From Felis catus (Eukaryota): a DNA stretch of 64,000 nt. The notes below the pieces were generated by a model that worked only from the letters and a program-made list of their open reading frames with translations, was not told the origin of the DNA and searched no databases. The stretch covers positions 5,086,001 through 5,150,000 of the forward strand of contig NC_058369.1 of NCBI RefSeq assembly GCF_018350175.1, read 5' to 3'. Positions 11,088 to 22,659 of the stretch are shown one piece after another (the first letter of the stretch is position 1; the number at the start of each line of letters is the position of its first letter). The translations under genes and the position numbers were made by a program.

Positions 11088-11274
11088 TTTGTGCACGTAT
11101 GTTTGGTTCTCCCAGGCAGACCCTTACAAGGGTGCCCGCGCCCAGTTTCTCCGAGGGGCAGAGAGGCTGTTACGAGGCTGACCCTTTCCTCCCCACAGGG
11201 GTAGGGGTGAAGAGGGCGTGTGGTCCCATCCTCTGCAGACTGGGTGTCTTCATTCTGAACCCTGTTCCCTGCAG

Positions 11275-11384
11275 TGGACTCACATGTTTCTCCTGATCGA
11301 GGACCAAGGTTCCCAGGGCTATGAGCTGTTCTTTAAGACGCGAGAACTGAAGAAGAAGTGGCTGGAGCAGTTCGAGATGGCCAT
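11275..11384 (+). CDS. VAV1: VAV1 exon 15 (PH) WTHMFLLIEDQGSQGYELFFKTRELKKKWLEQFEMA(I)
   Basis: tgcag| ... |gtgaga; 110 nt. Confidence 0.96.
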
Positions 11385-11589
11385 GTGAGACCCCCCTCCT
11401 CCCCCAGCCCCTGTCCTCAGAGGACTCTGCAGTGGACAGGGGCTGAGAGGCAGTTGTGCTCGGTTCCGTGGGGCCACTCTGAACCGCAGCTTCCCCATCT
11501 GCGAAATGGGAAGCATAGGCTTTTAATGCTGTCTGCATCCTCAGAATGTCGGTGTTCTGTGTGTGAGCTTCAGCCGCCAGCCTGAACCC

Positions 11590-11785
11590 CTCTTCCTCCT
11601 CCTTTTTCTTCTTTTTCTTCTCCTCCTCCCCTTCCTCCCTCTCCCCCTCCTCCCACTCCTCTCCCTCCTTCTCTTCCTTCTTCTTCTCCTTCCGTTTATC
11701 CTTCCCCTTCCCTTTCCTCTCCTCCTCCTCCTCCTTCCTCTTTTTCTTCTTAATGTTTGTTTTATTTATTTTGAGAGAGAGAGCA

Positions 11786-11832
<47 letters not shown>

Positions 11833-12229
11833 GAGGGGCAGAGAGAGAGAGAGAGAGAAGGAGAGAGAGAATCCCAAGCAGGCTCTGCACTGTCAGCACA
11901 GAGCCCGAAGAGGGGCTCAGTCTCACAAACGGTGAGATCGTGACCTGAGCTGAAATCAAGAGTCGGATGCTAACCTGACTGAGCCCCCCAGGCTCCCTTT
12001 CTTCGTCTTCTTTTTAATTTTTTTTTCAACGTTTATTTATTTTTGGGACAGAGAGAGACAGAGCATGAACGGGGGAGGGGCAGAGAGAGAGGGAGACAGA
12101 GAATCGGAAACAGGCTCCAGGCTCTGAGCCATCAGCCCAGAGCCTGACGCGGGGCTCGAACTCACGGACCGCGAGATCGTGACCTGGCTGAAGTCGGACG
12201 CTCAACCGACTGCGCCACCCAGGCGCCCC
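11590..12229 (-). mobile_element. CT-rich low-complexity tract then two tandem antisense CanSINEs (~11745-11995 with (GT)n; ~12010-12229)
   Basis: SINE bodies, T tails. Confidence 0.88.
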
Positions 12230-12578
12230 AAAATTTCGCTATTTTAAAGTGTATGATTCAATGGCATTTAGTGCCTCACGATATTGTGTAACCACCACCT
12301 CTAAGTTCCAAAACATTTTCATCCCCCCAAAAGGAAACCCTGCACCCATGTAGTACTCAGTCCCCATTCCCTCTGCTCCCAGCCCCTGGCAACCACCGGT
12401 CTGCTCTCTGTCTCCACCCACATGCCCAGCAGTGGAGGGCTGGAGACATGGCTTCTGGTTTATGTAGCGTATCCAGTATGGCTGCCCCGATACGTCCAAA
12501 GGGCAGCACGTGTTGGTCCTTCTTTCCCTTGTGCGGCTGAATGCTGTTCCGTCACGGGGAATTCTCTCCCCTCTCCAG

Positions 12579-12680
12579 CTCCAACATCTACCCTGAGAAC
12601 GCTACTGCCAACGGGCACGACTTCCAAATGTTCTCCTTTGAGGAGACCACGTCGTGCAAGGCTTGCCAGATGCTGCTGAG
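12579..12680 (+). CDS. VAV1: VAV1 exon 16 (C1 zinc finger, first half) SNIYPENATANGHDFQMFSFEETTSCKACQMLL(R)
   Basis: tccag| ... |gtaggg; 102 nt; H..CxxC. Confidence 0.96.
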
Positions 12681-12920
12681 GTAGGGGTCTGGGGGGATGG
12701 GCCTGGGGCCTGGGTGCGGTCAGCTCGTCCCCCTCAGAGGGGCTTCTCTGGCTGTCTGTCCCCTGGGTTGGGAGGTGGGAGGCTCTCCCTTGGGCTTCCG
12801 CTTCTGCGTCTCTCTCTTGCCCTGAAGAGAACCCAAGGGCACCCTTCACGTTGTTGGCAAATGATCGGCTGTGTCCAGTCAACATCACTGACGTCCCTTA
12901 ATCTCCCCTTGGCATCCCAG

Positions 12921-13018
12921 AGGCACTTTCTATCAGGGTTACCGTTGTCATCGGTGCCGGGCACCTGCACACAAGGAGTGTCTGGGAAGGGTCCCTCCAT
13001 GTGGCCGACATGGGCAAG
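12921..13018 (+). CDS. VAV1: VAV1 exon 17 (C1, second half) [32 protein letters not shown]
   Basis: cccag| ... |gtacca; 98 nt; CxxC..HxxC..C. Confidence 0.96.
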
Positions 13019-13105
13019 GTACCAGTGGGAGAGACTGGGGCAGGTGGGCTTGGTCCCGTGGGGGGGGATTTCCATGCTGACTATTTCCTTCCCCGCCCCC
13101 CATAG

Positions 13106-13128
13106 ATTTTTCAGGAACTATGAAGAAG
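13106..13128 (+). CDS. VAV1: VAV1 exon 18 (23-nt microexon) (D)FSGTMKK
   Basis: catag| ... |gtaaga; length restores the frame between exons 17 and 19. Confidence 0.9.
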
Positions 13129-13300
13129 GTAAGACCCCCATTCTCCTTTCTCTGTATGAGAAATCATGGGGGATAAGGAAGGGTGACCCAGGAGACCCCA
13201 GCAGTGGGCATGGCCCTTTGCTGGGTGCTCACATAGGAGCTGAGGGGGCCCCAGGCTGGGCCTGGGGAGCCACACTTGCAGTTTCGCTGTCTCCCTCCAG

Positions 13301-13346
13301 GATAAGCCACATCGCCGACCTCAGGACAAAAAGCGGAATGACCTGG
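13301..13346 (+). CDS. VAV1: VAV1 exon 19 DKPHRRPQDKKRNDL(G)
   Basis: tccag| ... |gtgagt; 46 nt. Confidence 0.93.
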
Positions 13347-13508
13347 GTGAGTCTGAGGGGGGTGGGCGTTGTGTGGGGCAGGAGGAAGCCTGGTCTCTGC
13401 CCCAGATCTCAACAGTTATATTAACGATCACATAAGGTCCTGCTTGTAAAGCTGTGAGCCATTGGTTGCAGTCCTAGAAACCCGAAAGGAATTTAAAGAT
13501 AACCAACT

Positions 13509-13720
13509 GGGGGCGCCCGGGTGGCTCAGTCGGTTGAGCGTCCGACTTTGGCTCAGGTCATGATCTCGCGGTTGGTGGGTTCGAGCCCCGCATCGGGCTC
13601 TGTGCCGACAGCTCAGAGCCCGGAGCCTGCTTCGGATTCTGTGTCTCTGCCCCTCCCCTGCTCATGCTGTCTCCCTCTCTCTCTCTCAAAAATAAATAAC
13701 ATTAAAAAAACTTTAAAAAT
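13509..13720 (+). mobile_element. CanSINE
   Basis: ggggcgcccgggtggctcagtcggttgagcg head, (CT)n, A tail. Confidence 0.9.
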
Positions 13721-14712
13721 GACCCAAATTATTTACTTGCTTTGCTCAAACACTAGGAAGAGAAGGCATGGGGCAGTAGCCATCCTTGCAAAGGTGCTCT
13801 TTATCTTACCGTCCAATTTCTCCTCTTCACTGCCTCTTTTCCCTTGCTTTCCAAAGCGGCACGCCTCTGGTGGTCCTTACCTCCTCTCCTCTTGATTCCG
13901 TGCCACAGAATCTTATCATGATCTATAGTTTCAGCAGAGTGCCCTCCACTCGAGGATGGGGAAGTGGAGGGCACAGATTCATTTTAGCCCAATGGCAGGG
14001 GGAAAGGCTGGACTCATTCCTATGTTGACGAATTTTGTGACATCACAGCAGTGATGGGTGCCTTGTGTTCAATATCTACTGTATACGTGGTCACATCTGG
14101 GGCCTCTCATCCTCCAGAAGCTCTGAGACCAGTGGTGAGGGAGAGAATTTTAAGACATTACCTTGTAGTGGGCGACTAGAAGGTTCTCTGGAACATAGAA
14201 CCTGGGGGACTTGACAGATCTGAGCCTTCAGGGAAGGCTTCTCAGAGGAGGAGACATTTAGGCAGACATTTGATGGATGAGAGGGTTAGGCAGGTGGGGA
14301 GGAGGGCAGGGGTGTTCCAGGCAGAGGGAATAGCATGCGCAAAGGCTGGGAGGCAGGGAAGCCAGGCAGCATTAAACACGTGAGAACAGTTTGGTGTGGC
14401 TGAGGAAGTAAAACCTTTGCTCATAATAATACAGAGTCAGTGTAAAGGCTCAGACTGCATATCTATCTATCCGTGTCTATGTATATTCATATATAGATGT
14501 CAATGTACAAAGATCTATAGATATCTATAATCTGTGTCTATAGATAGATACAGATATCTCAGCTTTATTTGAAATAATAAAAAACTAGAAACAAACGATT
14601 CATTAAGAAGAACGTATATATAATTATACGTAGATTTATATGCGTTGTATAATCCATTTTATACAAAAGTGTATGTCAGCTTTGTCAAAAACCAGAAACA
14701 ACCCAAATGTCC

Positions 14713-14732
14713 TCAATAGAGGGAAATATTTA

Positions 14733-14774
<42 letters not shown>

Positions 14775-15206
14775 TAGGGGTGCCTGGGTGGCTTAGTTGG
14801 TTAAGTGTCCGACTCTTGATTTAGGCTCAGGACATGATCTCACAGTTTGTGAGTTCAAGCCCCACATCAGGTTCTGCACTGCCTGCTTGGGATTCTCTCT
14901 CCCTCTCTCTCTGCCCCTCCTCTGCACTCTCTCTCTGTCAAAAATAGATGCACATTTAGAAAAGTAAGTGTGTGTGTATCTATTATATGTATTTATATTT
15001 ATGCATATTGTATATATATTACTATATTATATTAATATAATTAATTATGTTTAATATATATAATTATATTAATTAATATTAATATATTATATACACTTAT
15101 ATTAATACACACACTTGTACATATCCATTATATATATGCATACGTATGTGTGTGTGTGTGTAATATATATGTATATATATACACACACACGTACACACAC
15201 ACACAC
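14713..15206. repeat. (GT)n, + strand CanSINE (~14777-14962) and AT-rich/(TA)n/(CA)n low-complexity tract
   Basis: Directly visible. Confidence 0.85.
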
Positions 15207-15920
15207 TGTTTATTGAGATAGAAAATACATACTGTAATGTGTATAAGTGAGCAAATCTTAACTGCATGGCTCCATGCATTTCTACCCCTGTAACCACCAC
15301 ACAGATCAAGATATGGAACGTTTCACCGAATTCTAGAACTACACTGTCCAATGCAAATTGAAACTAATTTAAATAACCTTAAAACTCCCGTATTCAGCCA
15401 CACTAGCCACATTGTGAGCTCTCGCTCACCACCTCTGACTAATGACTGCCCTGCTGGACAGGAGAGATTATTCAACTCCTCCACACAGAAGGCTTTACCA
15501 GACTGCTGTTCAGTCCCCCCCAACCTGGCTCTCCGAGGGGACCACTCTTAGACCCCTACCACCATAGGTCAGTTTTGCCTTTCCTTGAACTTCGTAAAAA
15601 TGAAATCATGTGGTATGTCCTCCTCCTGCGTCGTGTTGGTGAGACTCATTGACGTGGTTGCTTGTGACGGTAATTTGTTCATTGCTGTGTCACATTCTGT
15701 TGTGTGCTTCTGTCACACTCAGTTTATGCATTCCATTGAGGCCGTTGGGTTGTTTCCAGTTTGGGGCTCTTGTGAAGACAGCCCGTCTCGGACTTTTGGC
15801 ACACATGAGGACGTGTTTCTCTTGGTCTCTACTTTTCGCCATCCTGGAGGGCGGTGAGGCTCAGGTCTGAAAATCCGTGGCCGCCAACCGCACTGAGCCA
15901 CCGCCTTCCCTTCCCTCCAG

Positions 15921-16057
15921 GCCTGCCCAAGATGGAGGTGTGCCAGGAATACTATGGGCTTCCCCCACCACCTGGAGCCATTGGTCCTTTCCTGCGGCTC
16001 AACCCTGGAGACATCGTGGAGCTCACCAAGGCTGAGGCCGAACAGAACTGGTGGGAG
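15921..16057 (+). CDS. VAV1: VAV1 exon 20 (N-SH3, PPPP) LPKMEVCQEYYGLPPPPGAIGPFLRLNPGDIVELTKAEAEQNWWE
   Basis: tccag| ... |gtacag; 137 nt. Confidence 0.96.
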
Positions 16058-16391
16058 GTACAGGCTGGGCGGTGGGAGTGATGGAGAAGGATCTGAGTGT
16101 GGGGTCATGGACGTAGGCAGTCCTGGGAAGGCTTTGGCAAGGGGAGGCTGGTCTGGACGAGGCATCTGGGGAGGGTGTTATACATGGGGATTTCTAGGGC
16201 TGGCCTGGCCCTTCTGAGCTGGCTGTCTTGCCAGGAGGTTGATACTGGCTAGAACTCCATGGGTCATGCGGGCCACAGAGGGATGGATGGGTGGGCAGAT
16301 GGCCAGTGGGTAGAAAGATGGGCACACACACATACACGCACGTGAATGCAAGTAACTTCTGCGTCCGTGTCTTTCCCTCCCGGATTTTTAG

Positions 16392-16457
16392 GGCAGGAAT
16401 ACGGCTACCAATGAAGTTGGCTGGTTTCCCTGTAACAGGGTCAAGCCCTACGTGCAT
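16392..16457 (+). CDS. VAV1: VAV1 exon 21 (N-SH3) GRNTATNEVGWFPCNRVKPYVH
   Basis: tttag| ... |gtaagt; 66 nt. Confidence 0.96.
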
Positions 16458-18579
16458 GTAAGTGCCTCAAATCTGGATGGAGAGAGGGCAAGGGGGGTCT
16501 GGAGAGGGTCCTGCGAGGGCAGGAAGCCTTGAATTAACACCCCTGAGATAGAGAGGGGCTGCCCATCACAGTAAGTCATTCCCAAACTCCGTGCTCTGCC
16601 TAACGTGTCGACCGAGCCCAGAGTGGAGGCGGGGGTGGGGGTGGGGGCGGGGGGCACATGGACAACGATGACCAATCCTTTCCCTCTTGATTCTTCCTGT
16701 ATGAAGGTCCTCTTCCTTGTACTGCAGAAAATCAGGGGTGGCCAGAAGGCTGGCCAGTCACTGGCTTCCTTTCAGAGGCAGCGAGTGCTATCCCATCGGG
16801 TGCTGGGGCCACCCAGGCCTCTCGGCCCAGCTCCTGTGGACGCACCTGCCCGCACTGTGCCCAGTCTCTGCTCACCCAGCCCCCTCGCTCTACGATGACC
16901 TCAGGTCTTTCCCATCTCCCCAGACCTCTCTCCCTCACTGCAGACACCCCCTCTGCCTGCTTCACAGCCCAAATAGGAACCCGCAGAGGGAAACTCCCCT
17001 TCTGTCGCTTGAATTTTGTATCATTGCAGACTTCCAGAAAGGTGGCTACAATAATGCCAGCAACTCCAAATAGCCTTTCCCAGATTCACCAGCTGTCCAC
17101 ATTTGTTCTTTCTCTGCACACTTTATTTTATTCAAAAATTTCATATTATTGTTTTCCTGAGGCATTTAAAAGTAAGTTTACAGCTATGTTTTCCCTTCAC
17201 CCTTAAACACCTCCTGAGAACAAGAACCTTTTCTTACGTAACCATAGCGTGATGTTAACAACCATGAATTTAACACTTGACATTGACATTATACTACGAT
17301 TTAACCTGTAGTCCATATTTAAATTTTGACAATTTTCCCTAAATTGTCTTTTAGAGATTTTTCTTTTTTTCTTTTTTGGCCTGAGGTCTCCCAGGTTTCT
17401 CCACTGTGGAGCTATGCATTTCCAACGTCATTGTTCTGTCCAAGTTTATTAGCAGATGTAAGGATGAGCCGCCTCCCTTTCTGTCAGTCAGTCAATCAAT
17501 CAGTCACTCACCCTACCTATCAGTCAGGCATCTGTATATCTAATGATCAGCTATATATCTATCTGTGTCTCTGTGTGTCTATCAATGATTTATGTATCAA
17601 TCCACATACCTATATATGTATCGAACATCTATAATTCTATGTAGGCAGGTATCTATCCAATTACTAATCAATCAGGTATGCATGCATGTATGTATGTCCG
17701 GAAATGCCTGTGGATTCTTATTCTAAAAATGGTCCCAGCTTTGGCCAGCGGGAGCCCCATCAGGCTGGCTCATCTGTCCTTTTGATATGTCCCCATCATT
17801 CTCTGAGCTGTTCCTTATTTTCTGGCACAAAACCAGACCCACCTTGTACTTCCCATGCCTCAGTCTTGGAATCACCTGTTTTTCCAAGGAGCCCTGGTCC
17901 TTTCAGTGGGACACGGCATTCAGAAGCCAAGATCTGGGCATCTCTCCAATTTCTGCCTCCAAATGTACTGCCTTCTTAAAACTACACCTGTCCTAGCCTC
18001 CTTCTCTCTCGTTACAATGAAGGCTCTGAGAAAAGATAAAAAAAATGGCAATTCTCCTTTCTACTGAAGGATTCCATCCTCCTGGCCCCACCTACCTTAC
18101 AAGATAGCTGCTACTGTATTTGTTTTATGAGTGTCTGTCTGGAGTTTCTTAATATACGTACTAAGTCGATACGAATAGCAATTCTCATTTGCCCCATGAT
18201 TTATTCAGAAGATTTAATACTATTTTGCAGCCCCCTGCTTGCCTTTTAATATATCTTGGGATCTTTTCATATTGTGCACAGAATATTTCATTCTTTTTTC
18301 TTCCCCTTTAAAACAAATTGAGGTGAAATTTGAAAAACATAAAAACCATTTTAAAGTGCACGCTTCAGTGGTATAGTACATTTTGCAATCATTTCATTTA
18401 TGTGAAATGTCTCAAATAGGTACATCCACAGGAACAGAGAGCAGATTGGTGGTTCCCAGATGCTGGAGGTGGGGGGCTTTGGGACCGACTGTTTGATGGG
18501 TGATGTGTTTGGGTTTTCTTTTGGGGTGATGTTTCAGAACTAGATACAGGTGGTAGTTTCACATTCTTTCCATTACTAT

Positions 18580-18801
18580 TTTTATTTTTGTTGTTTCTTT
18601 CTAAGTTTATTTTTTTATTTTGAGAAAGAGGGCAAGTCGAGGAGGGACAGAGAGAAGGGGAGGGAGAGAGAGAATCCCAAGCGGGCTCCAGGCTCTGAGC
18701 TGTCAGCACAGAGCCCGACACAGGGCTCGAACCCACAGACTGTGAGATCATGACCTGAGCTGAAGTCTGACGCTCAACTGACTGAGGCCCCCAGGCGCCC
18801 C
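18580..18801 (-). mobile_element. CanSINE within L1M fragments
   Basis: SINE body; attactattttt repeated at both flanks. Confidence 0.85.
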
Positions 18802-19546
18802 ATATTATTACTATTTTTAAATTATGGTCAAACACAAATTGTATAAAATTTGCCATTTTAGCCATTTTTGAGTATACAGTTCAGTGGCATTAGGTACATT
18901 CGTACGTTTGTGCAACCACCACCACTGTCCATTTCCAGAACTCTCCATCCTGCAGAGCTGAAACACTAAGTCCCCACCCCATCCCCCAGCCCCTGGCTCC
19001 CACCATCTACTTCCTGTCTCTGTGAATTTGACTCCTCTTAGGGACCTCGGATGAGTGGTATATGTGTCCCTTGGAGACTAGCTTTTGCAGTGAGCATAAC
19101 ATTTTCAGAGTTCATCCGTGTCGTAACAGATGTCAGAATGCCCTTCTTATGGCTAATAATCCATTGTGTGTGCATGCCACATTTGGTTTATCTGTCCATC
19201 TGTTGATGGAGACCTAACCCTCTGGCAATCATGGGTAACGCTGCTAGGAACACGGATGTGTAAATATCTCTTCGAATCCCTGCTTTTAATTCTTTCGGGT
19301 AGATACCCAGAAGACGAATCGCTGGGCCATATGGTAATTCTATTTTTAGGTTTTCAGGAACCACCGTCTGTTTTCAGTAGTAGCTGTGCCATTTCACATT
19401 TCTGCCAGTAACGCAACAAGGTTTCCAATTTCCCTATATCCTTCCCAACACTTGTTATTTTTCTGTTCTTGTTTTGTTTGTTTTTTGTTATTTTACAATA
19501 GCCGTCCTGATGTGGTGAAAGTGTGCACTTTTACATGAATTCAGAC

Positions 19547-20085
19547 CAGGGGTTGGGCTTTCTGTAAATAGACAGATAATATAGAGTTTCATCTTTGTAG
19601 GTCAGATGCTCTCTTTTGTGATTTCTCACCTCTGCCAAAATGGTACAAAAGCAGCACAGACGATGTGCAAATGAGTGAGACTGACCATTGTCCCAATAAA
19701 ACTGAATTTCTGGACCTTGGCATGTGAATTTCACCCCATCTTCACATGCCGAGCAATATTATTCTTCCTTTGATTTTTGTCAACCATTTAAAAGTGTAAA
19801 ATCCATTCTTTTAAAAAAAAATTTTTTTTAACGTTTATTTATTTTTGAGACAGAGAGAGACAGAGCATGAATGGGGGAGGGTCAGAGAGAGGGAGACACA
19901 GAATCCAAAGCAGGCTCCAGGCTCCGAGCTGTCAGCACAGAGCCCGATGCGGGGCTCGAACCCACGGACCGTGAGATCATGACCTGAGCCGAAGTCGGCC
20001 GCTTAACCGACTGAGTCACCCAGGTGCCCCGTAAAATCCATTCTTAACTTGAGAGTCATGCTACAACAGTGGCTGGACAACCCCT
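19547..20085. mobile_element. hAT DNA transposon remnant (MER58-like) interrupted by antisense CanSINE (~19811-20030)
   Basis: Terminal inverted cagggg(g)ttg ... caacccctg; SINE TSD gtaaaatccattctt at 19796 and 20031. Confidence 0.7.
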
Positions 20086-20271
20086 GAGTGGAAGTGGACC
20101 AGTCTCTCCCATTAGATTCTGAGGCTGTGTCTTCAATGAATAGCACAGTGCCTGGCGTATAATAAACACTCAATAAATGATGGCAGAGTGAATGAGTATA
20201 TGAGTGATGCACCCTGCACTCCGTTGCTAACCTTGGCTCTTTACCCTAAGTCTCGGTCTCTGTGTCCCCAG

Positions 20272-20303
20272 GGTCCCCCTCAGGACCTGACTGTTCATCT
20301 CTG
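20272..20303 (+). CDS. VAV1: VAV1 exon 22 (32-nt exon) GPPQDLTVHL(W)
   Basis: cccag| ... |gtgagt. Confidence 0.93.
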
Positions 20304-21449
20304 GTGAGTGGAACTACCTTTCTTATTTTCAACTTGGGCTCCCTGGGGTGGGTTCCCTGGCTGGGCACGGAAGGCGACTCCAAACCAATATCTCATTCAT
20401 TTTTTGAACTCTGGGCATCGACTGCTGGATGGAGCCCTGGGCCCAGGGCTGCTGAGGCGCGAGCAAACAAAAGAAGGTCCCTGACTTTGGGCGATTAGGG
20501 CCTCACTGGAAGGAAAATGATGGTGGTGATGTTACCAGCAGCCCCTCGCCCCTGTTTTTTGAGCACCTATTGAATGTAGAGCAGTGAGGGGCAGGTGTTT
20601 ACAGTGTTGCTTCTGGAGCCCACTGACAGGGTTCAAATCCTGAGTCCAGTATTTCCCGGCTGTGTGACCTTGGGCCAGTAACTCAGCCTCTCCTTGCTTC
20701 AGCTTTCGTTTCCGGAAAATAGACTAATACCAACTTATGCTTCCTAGGGCTGTTTCCTTTTGGAAAAGAAGGAGGCAACGGAGGCTCAGAGAGGGGAAGT
20801 GACTTGTTCCATGTCACACAGTGAGGAAGGGAACGGAGATGGGATGGAGCCCATCTGCCTGACTCCAGAGCCTGACCTTACTGCCTCTGGAAAGTCATGA
20901 TGCTGACAGACCACGTGTTAGGCGCCTCAGCCACGTCTGGTCAGAAATGTCCTCTGCAGAGGGTAGTTTTATCTTCCTTTTTTTTAGAAGAGAAAACTGG
21001 GGCTCAGAGTGTGGCAAAATCAGCTCCCAAGGTCACAGAGCAGCCAAGTAGCAGAGCCAGGATTCAGACCTGGTGTCTGCCCTCCCCTGCTGGGATGTGG
21101 TCACCAGGCGTGGAGTTGTATCAGGAGAGCGAGACCCTCACTTTAGGTGCAGAATTGGAGGAGGCAGCCAAACACTCAGGCATTGAGATCCGTGATGGTT
21201 CAATGCGGCATTTAAAATAATCGAAAGCAAGGCAGACTAAATCCATGATAAGCAAAACATCAAAACTGTAAATAAAGACAGGACCTGACAGGGCTGGGGG
21301 TAGAAAGAGTTGAACCCAAGAGTATGGAGGTGGATCTTGTCTTTATTTAAAGCCTTGGCATTTTGTTCACCATGGGTTTTCTTTTGCATTCATTTCAAAA
21401 CCTGAGGTGAAATCCACATAACGTACAACTAACCGTTTAAAGTTGCATT

Positions 21450-21930
21450 TATGTTAGTATTTATGTTTATATTACATATTCACATGCATATATCATATAT
21501 AGTTATATATTTACCTCAAGTTAATGGTATATTATTTGTTATATATTTACATTTGCAGCATAAATATATTCATATCCACATTTATATATCATCTGTAATT
21601 ACATATCATCCAAAACTAGTAAATAGTATGTGTGTTATATATTTACAGTTATAACATAATACATTCATATTCACATTTATGTGTCATGCATAATTGTATA
21701 TTATCTATAATATATATTAATATATTATATGATATATTAATTATAATATAATTAATTAATATATATTATAGTATAGTATATATTATATAATATACTATAT
21801 AACTATACATTATAATTATAGTATATAATATATAGTCATATAATTAATTATATATAATTAATATATATAATATATTAATATATATTCTTTATGTTATATA
21901 TTTACATTACGGCACAAATATATTTATATC
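21450..21930. repeat. AT-rich low-complexity tract
   Basis: Core 21700-21890 almost only A/T. Confidence 0.9.
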
Positions 21931-22280
21931 CAGTGGCATTTACTACGTTCACGAGGTTGGGTGGCCATCATCACTATGAGTCTAGAACATTCCATCCCCC
22001 CAAAGGGGATGTGTGGTCACCCCCCCTGCCTCCCCAGTGTGTGGTCACGCCCCCGTGTGTGGTCACCCCCCCTGCCTCCCCAGCCCCCAGCACCTTCCTC
22101 TGACCCCTTCCTGTCTGTGGATGTGCCTGTTCTGGACATTCCACACACGGCTCTCTTTTCTGAGCATCCTATGTTCGGGATCCGTCCACGAAGCGGTACA
22201 TGTCAGAGCCTTGCTCCCTTTCTGGCTGTTTTGGCAATCATTTTGACTTTTAAAAGTATTGCATTAAAATACTCCTTCCT

Positions 22281-22482
22281 GGGGCGCCTGGGTGGCGCAG
22301 TCGGTTAAGTGTCCGACTTCAGCCAGGTCACGATCTTGCGCTCCGTGAGTTCGAGCCCTGCGTCAGGCTCTGGGCTGATGGCTCAGAGCCTGGAGCCTGC
22401 TTCAGATTCTGTGTCTCCCTCTCTCTCTGCCCCTCCCCCGTTCATGCTCTGTCTGTCTCTGTCCCCAAAATAAATAAACATT
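22281..22482 (+). mobile_element. Young CanSINE
   Basis: TSD aaaatactccttcct on both sides. Confidence 0.9.
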
Positions 22483-22659
22483 AAAATACTCCTTCCTTCA
22501 TTTGCTATCTTTCACCTTGCTGGTGGAGTATTTTGGTTCCCGCTTCGCAGTTGGTCTCCGAGGCTAGTGTCTCACCCCTCTCATCCAGCTTCTGTCCTGG
22601 TGGCCACAGAGACGGGCGAGGAGTGTGGATGCGGTAAATGCCCATCCCAGTAATGCCAA

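Noticed and set aside
13509..13590. tRNA-like A/B-box sequence
   Set aside because: Head of tRNA-Lys-derived SINE; no complete cloverleaf, so no tRNA gene called
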